Source: an uncultured Chloroflexia bacterium
GTDB taxonomy: Bacteria > Chloroflexota > Anaerolineae > Anaerolineales > Anaerolineaceae
DNA length: 32,000 nucleotides
Reading direction: 5' to 3'
Assembly: GCA_963704755.1 (NCBI GenBank)
Contig: OY969938.1
Span: 450,001-482,000 of the forward strand
The number at the start of each line of letters is the position of its first letter. Positions within the stretch are counted from its first letter, which is position 1. The position numbers and the translations under genes are program-made. Of this stretch, positions 1-9,572 are shown piece after piece. Under the pieces are notes generated by a model. The model was not told the origin of the DNA. It did not search any database and saw only the letters and a program-made list of their open reading frames with translations.

Positions 1-722
1 TGGCAGAATTTACACCACCTGGAGCAGATTACCAACGGGGTAAAACATTATGGGATTGGCTGGATTTACTTATTGTTCCCTTCTTTTTGGCAATTGGCGC
101 ATTATTGTTCAATCGACAAGAGAAGATTAGAGAACTAAGAACAGCTAAGGATCACCAGCAGCAAAGCTTTTTAGTCGATTACTTAGATAAAATGTCTGAA
201 CTGCTGCTCAAGGAAGACCTATTTGGAAAAAAAGCAAATGTAGGTGATCCCGTGAGAAGGGTAGCCCAGACAAGAACAACCACTGTATTACGAATATTAG
301 ATAAAAGTCGAAGGAAAATAGTGATACAGTTTTTGCGTGATGCGGGTTTGGTAGACGGTTTACTTATTGGTGCCTGGTTGAGTGGCGCTGATCTGAGCGA
401 TATAAATTTATATGAAACAAATTTGAGTAAAGCAGATTTCTATGGGACTGATTTACAGGGAGCTTTATTACAAAAAGCCAACCTTCAGGAAGCCAATCTA
501 AATTGGGCCAACCTGGAAGGAGCCTTTCTGATATCCGCCAACCTAAAAAGTGCTGAACTTATATGGGCTAAACTAGGCTGGGCTAATTTATCTGCCGCCG
601 ATTTAAGTGGAGCCCACTTCGAACAAGCTGACCTTCTGAGAGCAAGAGTCTCAGATGAACAATTATCCACAGCTGCTTCACTAGCAGGCGCAACCATGCC
701 TGATGGCTCGGTGCACGAATAA
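1..722 (+). CDS. Pentapeptide-repeat protein with an N-terminal TM helix. The 5' end is probably outside the window.
   Basis: The frame is open from nt 3, and the first in-window start is TTG at 87. There is a hydrophobic stretch, LDLLIVPFFLAIGALLF. Tandem A(D/N)LxX pentapeptides follow: ADLSDINLYETNLSKADFYGTDLQGALLQKANLQEANLNWANLEGAFLISANLKSAELIWAKLGWANLSAADLSGAHFEQADL. Stop is TAA at 720-722. Confidence 0.8.
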   Translation, partial: AEFTPPGADYQRGKTLWDWLDLLIVPFFLAIGALLFNRQEKIRELRTAKDHQQQSFLVDYLDKMSELLLKEDLFGKKANVGDPVRRVAQTRTTTVLRILDKSRRKIVIQFLRDAGLVDGLLIGAWLSGADLSDINLYETNLSKADFYGTDLQGALLQKANLQEANLNWANLEGAFLISANLKSAELIWAKLGWANLSAADLSGAHFEQADLLRARVSDEQLSTAASLAGATMPDGSVHE

Positions 723-1272
723 AAAGTATGGAAGAAGCAAGATGAATGACATTGAATAGAACGCGTGCAGTAACAGAAAGCTCGTGAGATGCTTCGATAA
801 CTCTTTCTAAAGCAAAGAGTTTTGTATCGCTCTCTATGAACAGCACACAATTTGCAGATGAACCAGTTATTGGGGGCAGGTCAACGGTTGATAGCTTAAA
901 AAGTATGAATGATGTAACTCATCTGGCCCATCCAGCAAATCGCAACCGAAAATATTTTAAAAGGCAAGTCATACTTCCGCTTTGGGTTTACCGATAGATG
1001 TTAAAAGGCTTGTTACATCCCAAAATACTCCAAGCACTTTCCTGAAACGACCGAGCTTGAAAAGAGGCACTTTGGAATCTTTTCTTGGGAGATACATATT
1101 TCCACTAACGCATTTGATAAAGAGATTTAGCAATTATAAAACGAAAGCCCCGACGAGCATATGTTTATTGCATTTACTACCAGGCAATCTCAATACTAGA
1201 GGGCGAACTTTCGAATATTATAATAAGTGAAAGTTTCCCCACCTTATATGAAACAAGTAAAGCGAAAAAACG

Positions 1273-3042
1273 ATGGATTTGACGAACAGCTTATACAATA
1301 TTGATTGTCTAAAATTAATTGAACGTTTGCCATCAAAAAGCATAGATTTAGTCTATTTAGATCCCCCTTGGACAACTTTTCGGTTGCCATATAAATTTAG
1401 GACGTATGGTGACGAAAAAGAAACCGATTATTTTTTGTTCTTGTCAAGACGCTTACAGCACATTCACAGAATCCTGAAAGAAACTGGAAATTTATTCTTT
1501 CATATAAACACAGAAAACTCACATCAAATCCACCTTCTAATCGACCACTATTTCGGGATTGAAAATTTTCGGTCTCAATATATTCTTCCCTATTTAGATT
1601 ATTCAGTGATCCTTTATCATGGGAAAACATCCGAGTCGATTTATAACCCTCAAATAAGGCCATATAAAAGTGAAGAAATAGAAGCAAGATACCCAAGTGA
1701 GGATGAACGCGGCAGATACCGCTTGATAAGTTTGATCACACCAAACGACTGTCCAAGTCTCCGATTTGAGTGGAATGGGATAACACCCCCCGCTGGACGT
1801 TCATGGAAAGTTAGCCGTGAACGGCTAAACCAACTTCAATTGGAAAATCTGGTTTCCTTCGGAATATCTAGCAATATTCCTTCAAAGAAGGAATATTGCG
1901 ATGAAGAGAAAGGATTACCAATACCGAGCATTTGGGATGACATAAACTACTTTATTCCGCAAGATGAAAGGACAGGCTTTGTCGCCCAACAAAGCATTGA
2001 ATTGTTATCGAGGATAATTAATATAGGCTCTGAAAAACAGGGCATAATCCTTGACCCATTTTGTGGTTCAGGAACAAGTTTGGTTGCGGCTAATCGGCTT
2101 GATCGAAGATGGATCGGCTGTGATATAACGCCTGAAGTATATGATTTGGCTTTAGAACGATTAATTGAAGAAGAGAAGGTTTCAACAAGTGCCTTTACAA
2201 GAGGCAATTGGGCAGTATTAGAAAAGGTTTACCCCAAGGTTTACACACTTCCAGACCCAAATTTTGAAATTATAATCAGAATTGCTAAAGACCAACCTCC
2301 TTCTCCACAACCGTCTTCAAAATTCTGGGATGAAAGAACTGAAGAAGAAGATACAGTTTCAGGTGAATCAAACAGTCAACAATTTATAAGACCTTTAATT
2401 TTTACGGAAGGGAAAACAGACTGGAAACATATAAAATCAGCCTATCACAGATTGATAGTGAGTGATTATTTGCCCAAAGGAATTGACATCGAATTCCATG
2501 AAGATGAATTGGAGACTGGGGATACTGAGTTGCTTGGAATGTGTCGTCATTATTCCAAAACCAAACAGACGCGAAAACACGTTTTTATTTTTGACCGAGA
2601 CAATGAAGATGTTCTTAAAAAGGTTTCTGATAGTGGAAAACCTTATAAGAATTGGGGAAATAATGTTTATTCCTTCGCAATTCCCATTCCTTCTCATCGA
2701 GCAAATCAACCGAAAATAAGTATTGAGTTCTTTTACTTTGATGAAGACATAAAAAAAACCGACACAAATGGTAGGAGATTATTTTTAAGTTCAGAATTTA
2801 ATCCTGATTTTGGAAGACATATCAGCGAGGATTTAAATTGTATTGAGATCAACCGTTTGCGAGGTGAAGTAAAAATCATTGATAATCGAGTTTTTGATAA
2901 GGGAAGTCGAAATGTAGCCCTCACCAAAAATGATTTTGCTGATCTTATATTGAATGGCGATAGAAATTTTAGGGAGTTGGATATTCAAGAATTTGCGAAG
3001 ATTTTTGAGGTGATCGAAAAAATATTACGAGAAAATAGGTAA
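1273..3042 (+). CDS. Beta-class N6A/N4C DNA methyltransferase fused to a C-terminal Toprim/DUF4435-like domain
   Basis: Motif IV, VYLDPPW, lies near the N-terminus. Motif I, ILDPFCGSGTSLVAA...IGCDI, is at about aa 260. The IV-before-I order indicates the beta class. After a Pro/Ser/Glu linker, the C-terminal roughly 215 aa carry LIFTEGKTDW, then VFIFDRDNED about 75 aa later, then ISIEFFY. This is a Toprim-like Glu ... DxD pattern. Confidence 0.75.
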   Translation: MDLTNSLYNIDCLKLIERLPSKSIDLVYLDPPWTTFRLPYKFRTYGDEKETDYFLFLSRRLQHIHRILKETGNLFFHINTENSHQIHLLIDHYFGIENFRSQYILPYLDYSVILYHGKTSESIYNPQIRPYKSEEIEARYPSEDERGRYRLISLITPNDCPSLRFEWNGITPPAGRSWKVSRERLNQLQLENLVSFGISSNIPSKKEYCDEEKGLPIPSIWDDINYFIPQDERTGFVAQQSIELLSRIINIGSEKQGIILDPFCGSGTSLVAANRLDRRWIGCDITPEVYDLALERLIEEEKVSTSAFTRGNWAVLEKVYPKVYTLPDPNFEIIIRIAKDQPPSPQPSSKFWDERTEEEDTVSGESNSQQFIRPLIFTEGKTDWKHIKSAYHRLIVSDYLPKGIDIEFHEDELETGDTELLGMCRHYSKTKQTRKHVFIFDRDNEDVLKKVSDSGKPYKNWGNNVYSFAIPIPSHRANQPKISIEFFYFDEDIKKTDTNGRRLFLSSEFNPDFGRHISEDLNCIEINRLRGEVKIIDNRVFDKGSRNVALTKNDFADLILNGDRNFRELDIQEFAKIFEVIEKILRENR

Positions 3043-3369
3043 TGTGGTTTTAGGACAAGTAGGGCTAGCTGCTTTGTTCAACTCGGACAGATACAGCGGC
3101 GCGGAGTTACCTCTTTTTTTTACTTGTGTTATCCCCGCCGCATTAATCCTTAATTCGTTAGCCCACTATTCAGCAGAAAAGGTTTGTAAATTCCAATATC
3201 CAATAAAGACAGTCTAGTTATCCAGCCAAGCGGGGAAGTTATTTCGCCCACGGCTTTGCAGTCAAACAAGATAATTATTGATGAAGAAGGACATCAAAAG
3301 GTGGTCCAAATACTGCGTCAAATTCCCGCTCTATCAGATGTAGCGAAAAAGGAAACTTCTCAATAAAAG

Positions 3370-3420
3370 GAAGTAGTGTGTTTGAAAACACGCTACGCGC
3401 ATTTTCAAACACACTACTTC
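3370..3420. repeat. Perfect 19-bp inverted repeat (hairpin) with a 13-nt loop
   Basis: GAAGTAGTGTGTTTGAAAA (3370-3388) pairs with TTTTCAAACACACTACTTC (3402-3420). The loop is cacgctacgcgca. It lies 56 nt upstream of the ATG at 3477. A T5 run starts 8 nt downstream on the + strand, and TTTT follows directly on the - strand. Confidence 0.7.
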
Positions 3421-3476
3421 TCCCACTTTTTCAGAAGGGAAGATTATTGGGCAGAAAACCATAAAGGAGATTTTCG

Positions 3477-4523
3477 ATGATGAAACGGTTATCCACATGG
3501 TGGCGAGAATTAGCAGGCATTGATTTGATTGCCCTCGGCCTGGGATTCGTCCTGACCATTGGGTTTATCCTCTATAAAAATGCGTTCCCAGACCAAAAAT
3601 CCCCCTGGCTCGATCTATGGCCGAATATATCGACTGACTTCCTCGGCGTTTGGGTCAGCGTACGGTTGATCGATGCATTAATCCAAAAGCGAGAAAGATA
3701 TCACTCCATAAGAAGAGAAATCATCAGCAATTTAAATTATATCCGCTCGGAATCTTTAAAACTCCTCCCGAAAATATATGATTTTAGCGTGAAAACTTTG
3801 GCAGCCGAGTTGATGTTCAGCCAGGAGCGGTTCCCAAAGAGAAAGAAATATCTGGATGGCGGAGAACAAAGGGCGATAGAACAAGTCAACCGGATCCTGG
3901 AACAAATAACCATACTGGCAGATGATTATTTACATTTACAAAAACAATTGATAGGCGGAAGATTCGAAATCCGCAACGCATTTGAAATAATCAATAACGA
4001 ACGAGAACGAGCTCAGGAAGCGATCGAAATTCTTAATCAACACAATCCACCAGCGCAAGACAGCGCGATCCAGGCCGATATCCATCTGCTGGAGACTTAT
4101 CTGGCAGCTGGAGCAATTTTTCTACCCGAGGAATTGGAGCCTTTTCGCGCCTTTCTTCGCGATTACCAGGCGCAGAGGGTCAATAATACACAACAGGCCA
4201 GCAGTTTCCTGGCTAATCCCTATTTCCGCCATATCAGTGAATATAAATATACCGCCTGGAAAACACTTGAAGAATCAGTGAATATGCTCAGCGACCTGAT
4301 CGATTTCGATTACAAAGAATTCTATTCGTTATCCGCGTCTACGGAACAACATCTGACATCAGAACCCGTCCCAGACTATGTTGTCCCGCTGATGAGGAAC
4401 TTCATTATGACGGCAAATCAGGCGGTGAAAAAGCACGAAGAAATCCGCGATACCATAATAAGCCTGGTGGAGTCAATCGATTCTGCGCGGAAGAATCTTA
4501 TGGAAGAATTGGGGTTTGATTAG
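3477..4523 (+). CDS. Hypothetical membrane protein with two N-terminal TM helices and a helical soluble domain
   Basis: The ATG is preceded by aaaggaga. Hydrophobic segments are IDLIALGLGFVLTIGFILY and FLGVWVSVRLIDALI. No catalytic motif was recognised. Confidence 0.6.
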   Translation: MMKRLSTWWRELAGIDLIALGLGFVLTIGFILYKNAFPDQKSPWLDLWPNISTDFLGVWVSVRLIDALIQKRERYHSIRREIISNLNYIRSESLKLLPKIYDFSVKTLAAELMFSQERFPKRKKYLDGGEQRAIEQVNRILEQITILADDYLHLQKQLIGGRFEIRNAFEIINNERERAQEAIEILNQHNPPAQDSAIQADIHLLETYLAAGAIFLPEELEPFRAFLRDYQAQRVNNTQQASSFLANPYFRHISEYKYTAWKTLEESVNMLSDLIDFDYKEFYSLSASTEQHLTSEPVPDYVVPLMRNFIMTANQAVKKHEEIRDTIISLVESIDSARKNLMEELGFD

Positions 4524-5290
4524 CTTCGCTGCCCCTTGCTGGCGATTATTGGCAGATCAAGCAGGTGATGAACAATGGGAAAATCCAGCTGGTATGAGTA
4601 GTACCCGAGGAGTGGCTCTATTGTTCATCGACTTGGGAAAATGCTTCGAAAAACGTTAGTCACTTGCCAGGAAATGGTACCGCAGACTGCCGCTCTTTTT
4701 TATGACGCCTTCTCTCGTAGTTTCGAGAACATACCTGACAGATGTAATCCTCCGATGACCTGTTAAAACGAAAAATGGTTCCCATCTGTTGTTTTTGATG
4801 TCCATTTCTGCGAGTGGTCAAACAAAATATATAGTATCTTCCCAATATAGAAAAGATACCGAAAAAGTAAATAGAAGGAAAAACCTACCAGACGATTTTT
4901 CCTCGAGAAGTTTCGGAACGAATATAAGATGGTTCGACTAGATTAGACAAGAAAGATAATGGGCTTTTCACCGCATTGATCAGGGATGTAGAAACAGGCC
5001 AAGTAATTGATCACGTTAGTTTGAAGGAAGTCACGCCCGATTTGCTCAGTTCGCTAATCCAGTTGGCAATACAGCAAACTTTAGCCAACATCCAATGTGA
5101 ATACTTCAACGCAATCGAAAATTATAGCTTATCTTTCAGCTGCAACATCTCCAAATGATCACAAAAACCACAATTAGCAATACGCCTACACAAATGCGTA
5201 AGTAAACGACGGCGTGTTGGAGTAGTTGGTACGGTAGCTGATCGCTAGCAAGACTAACGAGTAGTCAGTTAAAAGCTGTTCGTCAAACAT

Positions 5291-5320
5291 TTGCAAATGG
5301 TTTTAACAGGAAGATATAAT
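5291..5320 (+). promoter_or_regulatory. Putative sigma70-type promoter for the nuclease-NTPase gene
   Basis: TTGCAA (5291-5296), an 18-nt spacer, then TATAAT (5315-5320). An AGGAGA Shine-Dalgarno sequence at 5344-5349 precedes the ATG at 5354. Confidence 0.35.
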
Positions 5321-5353
5321 TAAAAAATTCAGGATCCGTTTTTAGGAGAGAAA

Positions 5354-5617
5354 ATGAGTGAAACAGGTGCGACTGCTGCTTTCAGAGGTTACCGTTTACA
5401 AACGTACTATATACTATCAAGGGTTCTGGAAAAAGGTGAGGCGATATCAAATGTCTTCCACCCAGAGGGAAGTGAAGACCTTAATATTGAAGATGCGAAT
5501 GAAAACATAATAGAAGCAATACAAGTAAAGTCCTATGAAAACTTAGTTCTGTCAGACCTCTCTCCTGGAAAAAGCACTTCTTTCTTTCATAGGGCTTTGA
5601 AATCTTTTAAAAGCTAA
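5354..5617 (+). CDS. Cap4/DUF4297-like PD-(D/E)xK nuclease domain. It is probably the N-terminal fragment of the following giant gene.
   Basis: ETGATAAFRGYRLQTYY resembles the GF-YQ opening of the family. PEGSEDLNIED...IIEAIQVKS supplies an acidic cluster plus QVK. At 87 aa it is too short for a complete domain. Frame 0 of the next ORF is already open from 5601. Confidence 0.6.
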   Translation: MSETGATAAFRGYRLQTYYILSRVLEKGEAISNVFHPEGSEDLNIEDANENIIEAIQVKSYENLVLSDLSPGKSTSFFHRALKSFKS

Positions 5618-5636
5618 CGAACACACAAGAATAACA

Positions 5637-8600
5637 TTGGCAAATTTCGGGCACTTTGGTCCAGAAATTGACCAAGCGTGGAAAGGTGATGGAGAGCAAC
5701 GAGATCGTGTATCACAAAAGCTTCGTGAATTCGGTTATGAACCAGAAGAAATCGAGTTAATGATCAACCATATTCAATTGGTTGTACTAACAGAAGAAGT
5801 GGTTCGTACAGAGGTATTTAGGAAACTTCAGGAACAAATCGTAGGTATTGACCCTGACAACGCCTTTGAACTGCTTCTTTACTGGCTATACCTGCAATCT
5901 GAAATTAGGACAAGAATTAAGTACAAAGATCTTATTGTAAAACTACAAAGCGTCGGAAAATTCCTAAGTGAGCGCTATCATCACAGCCAGGAATGGTTCA
6001 AATCAATTCATCCACTTGATGATCAGTCGATTTCAGAAGAAGAAAGCAAATCCCTTCAAGATGAATTTTATAGAGGTGTATCAGCCAGATATGAACATAT
6101 ATTGGCGGATTTGGATTTCCTTCGAGAACAAAAATTGGCGGAAATCGAAGCTGGTTTCGCTAATAAAAATGTTGTTATTGTTCATGCAGCTTCGGGCCAA
6201 GGGAAAACAACACTTGCATTTCGTTTTTTACATGACAAGTTTCCAAACAAATGGAGAGTGTCAGTTATTGCGATCGAAGATTTACAACATGCCCTGAGCA
6301 TCGCGACAGCGCTTAGCGGACATGCAAATGCAGTACACGCACCTATGGCCGTTTATATTGACGTATCACCAAGAGACGTCAACTGGGTAGATTTGGTCAG
6401 TCAGTTATCAAAACGTCCTTTTCTTAAGGTGTTAGTAACTATTCGGGAAGAGGATTTTAGAAGGGCAAACATTGTAAACTTATTTGATTATGAGCCTGTA
6501 GACTTAGAATTCAACAAAGAAGAAGCCCGATTGATTTTTAATAGAGCGCAAGATACGCGTTTGCTTTCTGATATCCTTACCTTTGAAGATGCTTGGCATT
6601 CGTTTGGTGAAGATGGTCCACTTATGGAATTTGTTTACCTTCTCACACAAACGGAAACGCTCCATCAACGTTTGGAAAGTCAAATAACGCGATTACGGCA
6701 TGAAGTTCGAGAGAAGAATTTATCGCCGGATGAACTACACATACTTAGACTAGTTTCCATTGCAACAGCATACGATGCGAGAGTAAATACGGCTGCTCTC
6801 CTAGGTTTAGTACATTTACCTGACCCCGGTCTAACCCTTAACTTATATGAGAAAGAGTATTTCTTACGGGTCTCTCCTGACAGAACATTTATCACTGGGG
6901 TGCATCCAATTCGTTCTAAGATCTTGAGTAGAAAACTTACGGAACCAGGAGTAACTCCTTGGGAAGCCTCTGTAAATCAAGTACTTCCGATCATTCAAGA
7001 ACAAGATTGGGAAGCCTTTATTCTCCAGGCGTTTCTCGATCATCCTGAAAGTTTCAACGAATTACTTGATATAGCAAATAATCAAGAACCTAGATCTTGG
7101 ACTGGGTATATGGGGATCATTCGATGTTTATTATGGGCAGGCGTCAAAAAATATATCGAAAGTATTTGGGATCAGGTTGAAGCTTCCAGGAACCTTTTTG
7201 GATCAGCCTGGCAATTTATTTTGGACCTCAACTTTGCTGGAGAGGAAGCACCTTCAATTGAAGGCTGGTGGAATGATTTAGGCGATTTGATTCCAGAAGA
7301 GAAACGTACCGAGATCGAGGGAATTAGAAGAAGCCAAAATCCAAAAGAGAATGTGTTTGATATGGCTATTATATTTATAAGCAAAACTAGCCATACACCT
7401 TTGCCTCCAAGTACTATCCAAGATTGGGATGCACTTCCAGAAATCCTTTATTGGGCTTATAGATTGGATCTTTCTGAAAACTTAAAAGGATGGATACCCA
7501 TTGAACATCTTAGATCAGCTATTAATGATCTGTCTCTAGAGTTATTATCGGAAGTTTTCTTTAGCATTTACCTTATAAATCAGGAGAAATATTTCACGTT
7601 AGTTGGTGAAGTCCGAACAGTAATCGAAAATCGGCTTGCTCAGGAATTAAATATCATTGCCCTCGTAGATAAGGATGATGTTCTATCAACACATTTTCTA
7701 ACTTTCCCTGATGAAAAAGGATTAGAGGTGGAGAACAAGAAAAAGGGATATTCTGTTCATGATAGGACACTTGAGAGGATTCAAATCGTACGTCAATTAT
7801 TTCCATACTACTCTAAGTATGGCTCTCAAGGCTACGGGCACCAAATACCTGGGATTGGATTGGTGCACGATGATAGCATAAAGGATGGAATAGAAAAGAG
7901 ACACCTGGTTCCCAAATGGCCTATCCGATTGAATGGAATAGCTACTGGAATTGTCCAATATCGCTTCCGCATTAATAAATGGGATGATTATTTCCAACAA
8001 ATTTTGACAATTCGCCAACAAATTGTTGCCTGTTTGTCAGCACTTCCTGATGGAATTTCCCGTTTTATTTCTCGCGACAAGCCATATAACTTATTATCCC
8101 TCGATGTAATTAAAAATGGCGACTGGGACCATAGTGCAAAAATTATTAACAGTGTACCTTTGTTACCAAAACCAACGGCAGATCCTTGGGGATTGGCTCA
8201 ACCAGAAAGTAAAGCTCTCGAAAAGCGAAACGAAAACCCCAACGGAAACTCAAAAAGTTTACACAGACTTTTCCCATCCTCAATTCTAGAGCAGATATAC
8301 AAGCCCTATCTTGACTTAGAGATGAAATATTACTCGTCAATGAGGAACTTCTTTGAGCAGTCAGGACAAGTGATGGTAACCAACTTTCATACAGGAAAGT
8401 TGCTTGAAGATTCACCTCAAAAGGTGGCAACACGAAAATTCATAGAAAGTGAAGGTGTGCGAACTAACCTTGGGTTTCTATCATTCTTTAACTTGACAGA
8501 AGCTCGAAACAATCTGACTGATTATCAAAAGAGCTTTCGAGATCTATTCAGCAATCGTATTGAAAATGATTATCTTACCGATTTAGAACTTCTAGAGATT

Positions 8601-9572
8601 CACGCTATGGATCAGCTATGGCCTTTATGGTATTTTTTTGCAATCCGACCAAGAACATCCGCCGCGAACCCAATAAAGCAACTGCCCATCAAGCTACAAA
8701 CAGTCCAGCAAAATATCCTTCGGAGAGCTAAAAAGGCGGTGGAGGCCATGAACGATGAGGGGATAAGGTCGATCTTTATCGACGAGAAATTTGAGTGGGA
8801 TGATGCTCCATCAGTTCTCATCTTGGTAGATGTTGATAACACTACGATCATATATCCTAAGGTAGAAAAGATAATTAATACCTTAAGGGAATCCATTGGG
8901 GTCGTTTCACCTAGCGATATTGAGCACCAATTAATTGAAAATGGGCTACGATATTTTGTTATTGTTGTAACTGTACGCGGAAATATGATTAACAAATTGG
9001 CGTGGCCCTTGCGAACGATCTATACGCTTTCAACGCATGATCCCATTCAGGAAAAGAGATGGGCTTTCATCCCTCAAGAATTACCTGAACATATATTGGA
9101 AAAGTTAAAACTAAAACAATGGGAAGGAGAACAGATTGAGTTAGCAAATCAGCTTGTTAGCGCTGTGAGCACGATGGCCTTGTATTTGTCTGTAATTGAT
9201 AAGGTTAGTGAAATGCCTGTTGCCACAGAGGCAGGTTCCGAGAGACTTAAAGCAATATTTGAAGAACAATCTACTGAATTGTCTAAACTACTTCAAATGA
9301 TCTTTGATTCATTGAACTTAATGTTGAACCAGTTTAGCAGTTTGTCAGAGGAGGAGCAGGAAAAGAGGCCCTATCAACTAAGTGCCGGTCCTCTCCTTAG
9401 AGAGGTTTATGAAAGTGTAAAGCCCATCGAGGATTTTTATGGACAATCAGAATTGGGACTGGAGAGAATTACCAAACATAAAGAAAGACTAACGGCGGCA
9501 GTACAATTGTGTGAGTTAATCAGACTATTATGGATACAAGACATAATTGAAGTGCAGACCGAGGGTTTGTAG
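5637..9572 (+). CDS. STAND-type P-loop NTPase with a long helical C-terminal region (Avs/NLR-like)
   Basis: Walker A is VIVHAASGQGKTTLAFRFL, Walker B-like is PMAVYIDVS, and an NB-ARC-like KVLVTIREEDF is present. About 1000 aa of helical sequence follow. The listed TTG start at 5637 has no Shine-Dalgarno sequence. Confidence 0.7.
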   Translation: MANFGHFGPEIDQAWKGDGEQRDRVSQKLREFGYEPEEIELMINHIQLVVLTEEVVRTEVFRKLQEQIVGIDPDNAFELLLYWLYLQSEIRTRIKYKDLIVKLQSVGKFLSERYHHSQEWFKSIHPLDDQSISEEESKSLQDEFYRGVSARYEHILADLDFLREQKLAEIEAGFANKNVVIVHAASGQGKTTLAFRFLHDKFPNKWRVSVIAIEDLQHALSIATALSGHANAVHAPMAVYIDVSPRDVNWVDLVSQLSKRPFLKVLVTIREEDFRRANIVNLFDYEPVDLEFNKEEARLIFNRAQDTRLLSDILTFEDAWHSFGEDGPLMEFVYLLTQTETLHQRLESQITRLRHEVREKNLSPDELHILRLVSIATAYDARVNTAALLGLVHLPDPGLTLNLYEKEYFLRVSPDRTFITGVHPIRSKILSRKLTEPGVTPWEASVNQVLPIIQEQDWEAFILQAFLDHPESFNELLDIANNQEPRSWTGYMGIIRCLLWAGVKKYIESIWDQVEASRNLFGSAWQFILDLNFAGEEAPSIEGWWNDLGDLIPEEKRTEIEGIRRSQNPKENVFDMAIIFISKTSHTPLPPSTIQDWDALPEILYWAYRLDLSENLKGWIPIEHLRSAINDLSLELLSEVFFSIYLINQEKYFTLVGEVRTVIENRLAQELNIIALVDKDDVLSTHFLTFPDEKGLEVENKKKGYSVHDRTLERIQIVRQLFPYYSKYGSQGYGHQIPGIGLVHDDSIKDGIEKRHLVPKWPIRLNGIATGIVQYRFRINKWDDYFQQILTIRQQIVACLSALPDGISRFISRDKPYNLLSLDVIKNGDWDHSAKIINSVPLLPKPTADPWGLAQPESKALEKRNENPNGNSKSLHRLFPSSILEQIYKPYLDLEMKYYSSMRNFFEQSGQVMVTNFHTGKLLEDSPQKVATRKFIESEGVRTNLGFLSFFNLTEARNNLTDYQKSFRDLFSNRIENDYLTDLELLEIHAMDQLWPLWYFFAIRPRTSAANPIKQLPIKLQTVQQNILRRAKKAVEAMNDEGIRSIFIDEKFEWDDAPSVLILVDVDNTTIIYPKVEKIINTLRESIGVVSPSDIEHQLIENGLRYFVIVVTVRGNMINKLAWPLRTIYTLSTHDPIQEKRWAFIPQELPEHILEKLKLKQWEGEQIELANQLVSAVSTMALYLSVIDKVSEMPVATEAGSERLKAIFEEQSTELSKLLQMIFDSLNLMLNQFSSLSEEEQEKRPYQLSAGPLLREVYESVKPIEDFYGQSELGLERITKHKERLTAAVQLCELIRLLWIQDIIEVQTEGL

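Noticed and set aside
485-1230. Antisense ORFs 485..850 and 583..846 overlapping the pentapeptide gene, and ORF 982..1230 (+).
   Set aside because: Their composition is Cys/Arg-rich and junk-like, with no Shine-Dalgarno sequence. The first two are mirror images of the repetitive pentapeptide coding sequence.
3126-3160. Candidate Tn7 left end, TGTGTTATCCCCGCCGCATTAATCCTTAAT. It shares ATCCTTAAT and TTATCC with the reverse complement of 18478-18497 (TGTCGAAGTTTATCCTTAATAA), just upstream of tnsA.
   Set aside because: The shared words are only 6-9 nt in AT-rich DNA. There is no array of three or more repeated sites. It would put the tnsA start only about 35 nt from the terminus. The evidence is not sufficient to call ends.
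3170-3365. A short open frame ending ...IIIDEEGHQKVVQILRQIPALSDVAKKETSQ, with TAA at 3363-3365.
   Set aside because: It is under 60 aa, I found no clear start codon, and I recognised no motif. It may be a gene remnant.
4660-5158. ORFs 4660..4845 (-) and 4976..5158 (+) as small protein genes.
   Set aside because: No Shine-Dalgarno sequences. One uses a TTG start and the other is extremely basic. No motifs were recognised. They are kept only as part of the non-coding gap observation.
5600-5617. Programmed ribosomal frameshift at TTTTAAAA, joining the nuclease and NTPase frames.
   Set aside because: The required shift is +1. There is no recognisable stimulatory structure or slow codon. At least five other genes in the window show similar breaks, so an indel (assembly error or mutation) is the simpler explanation.
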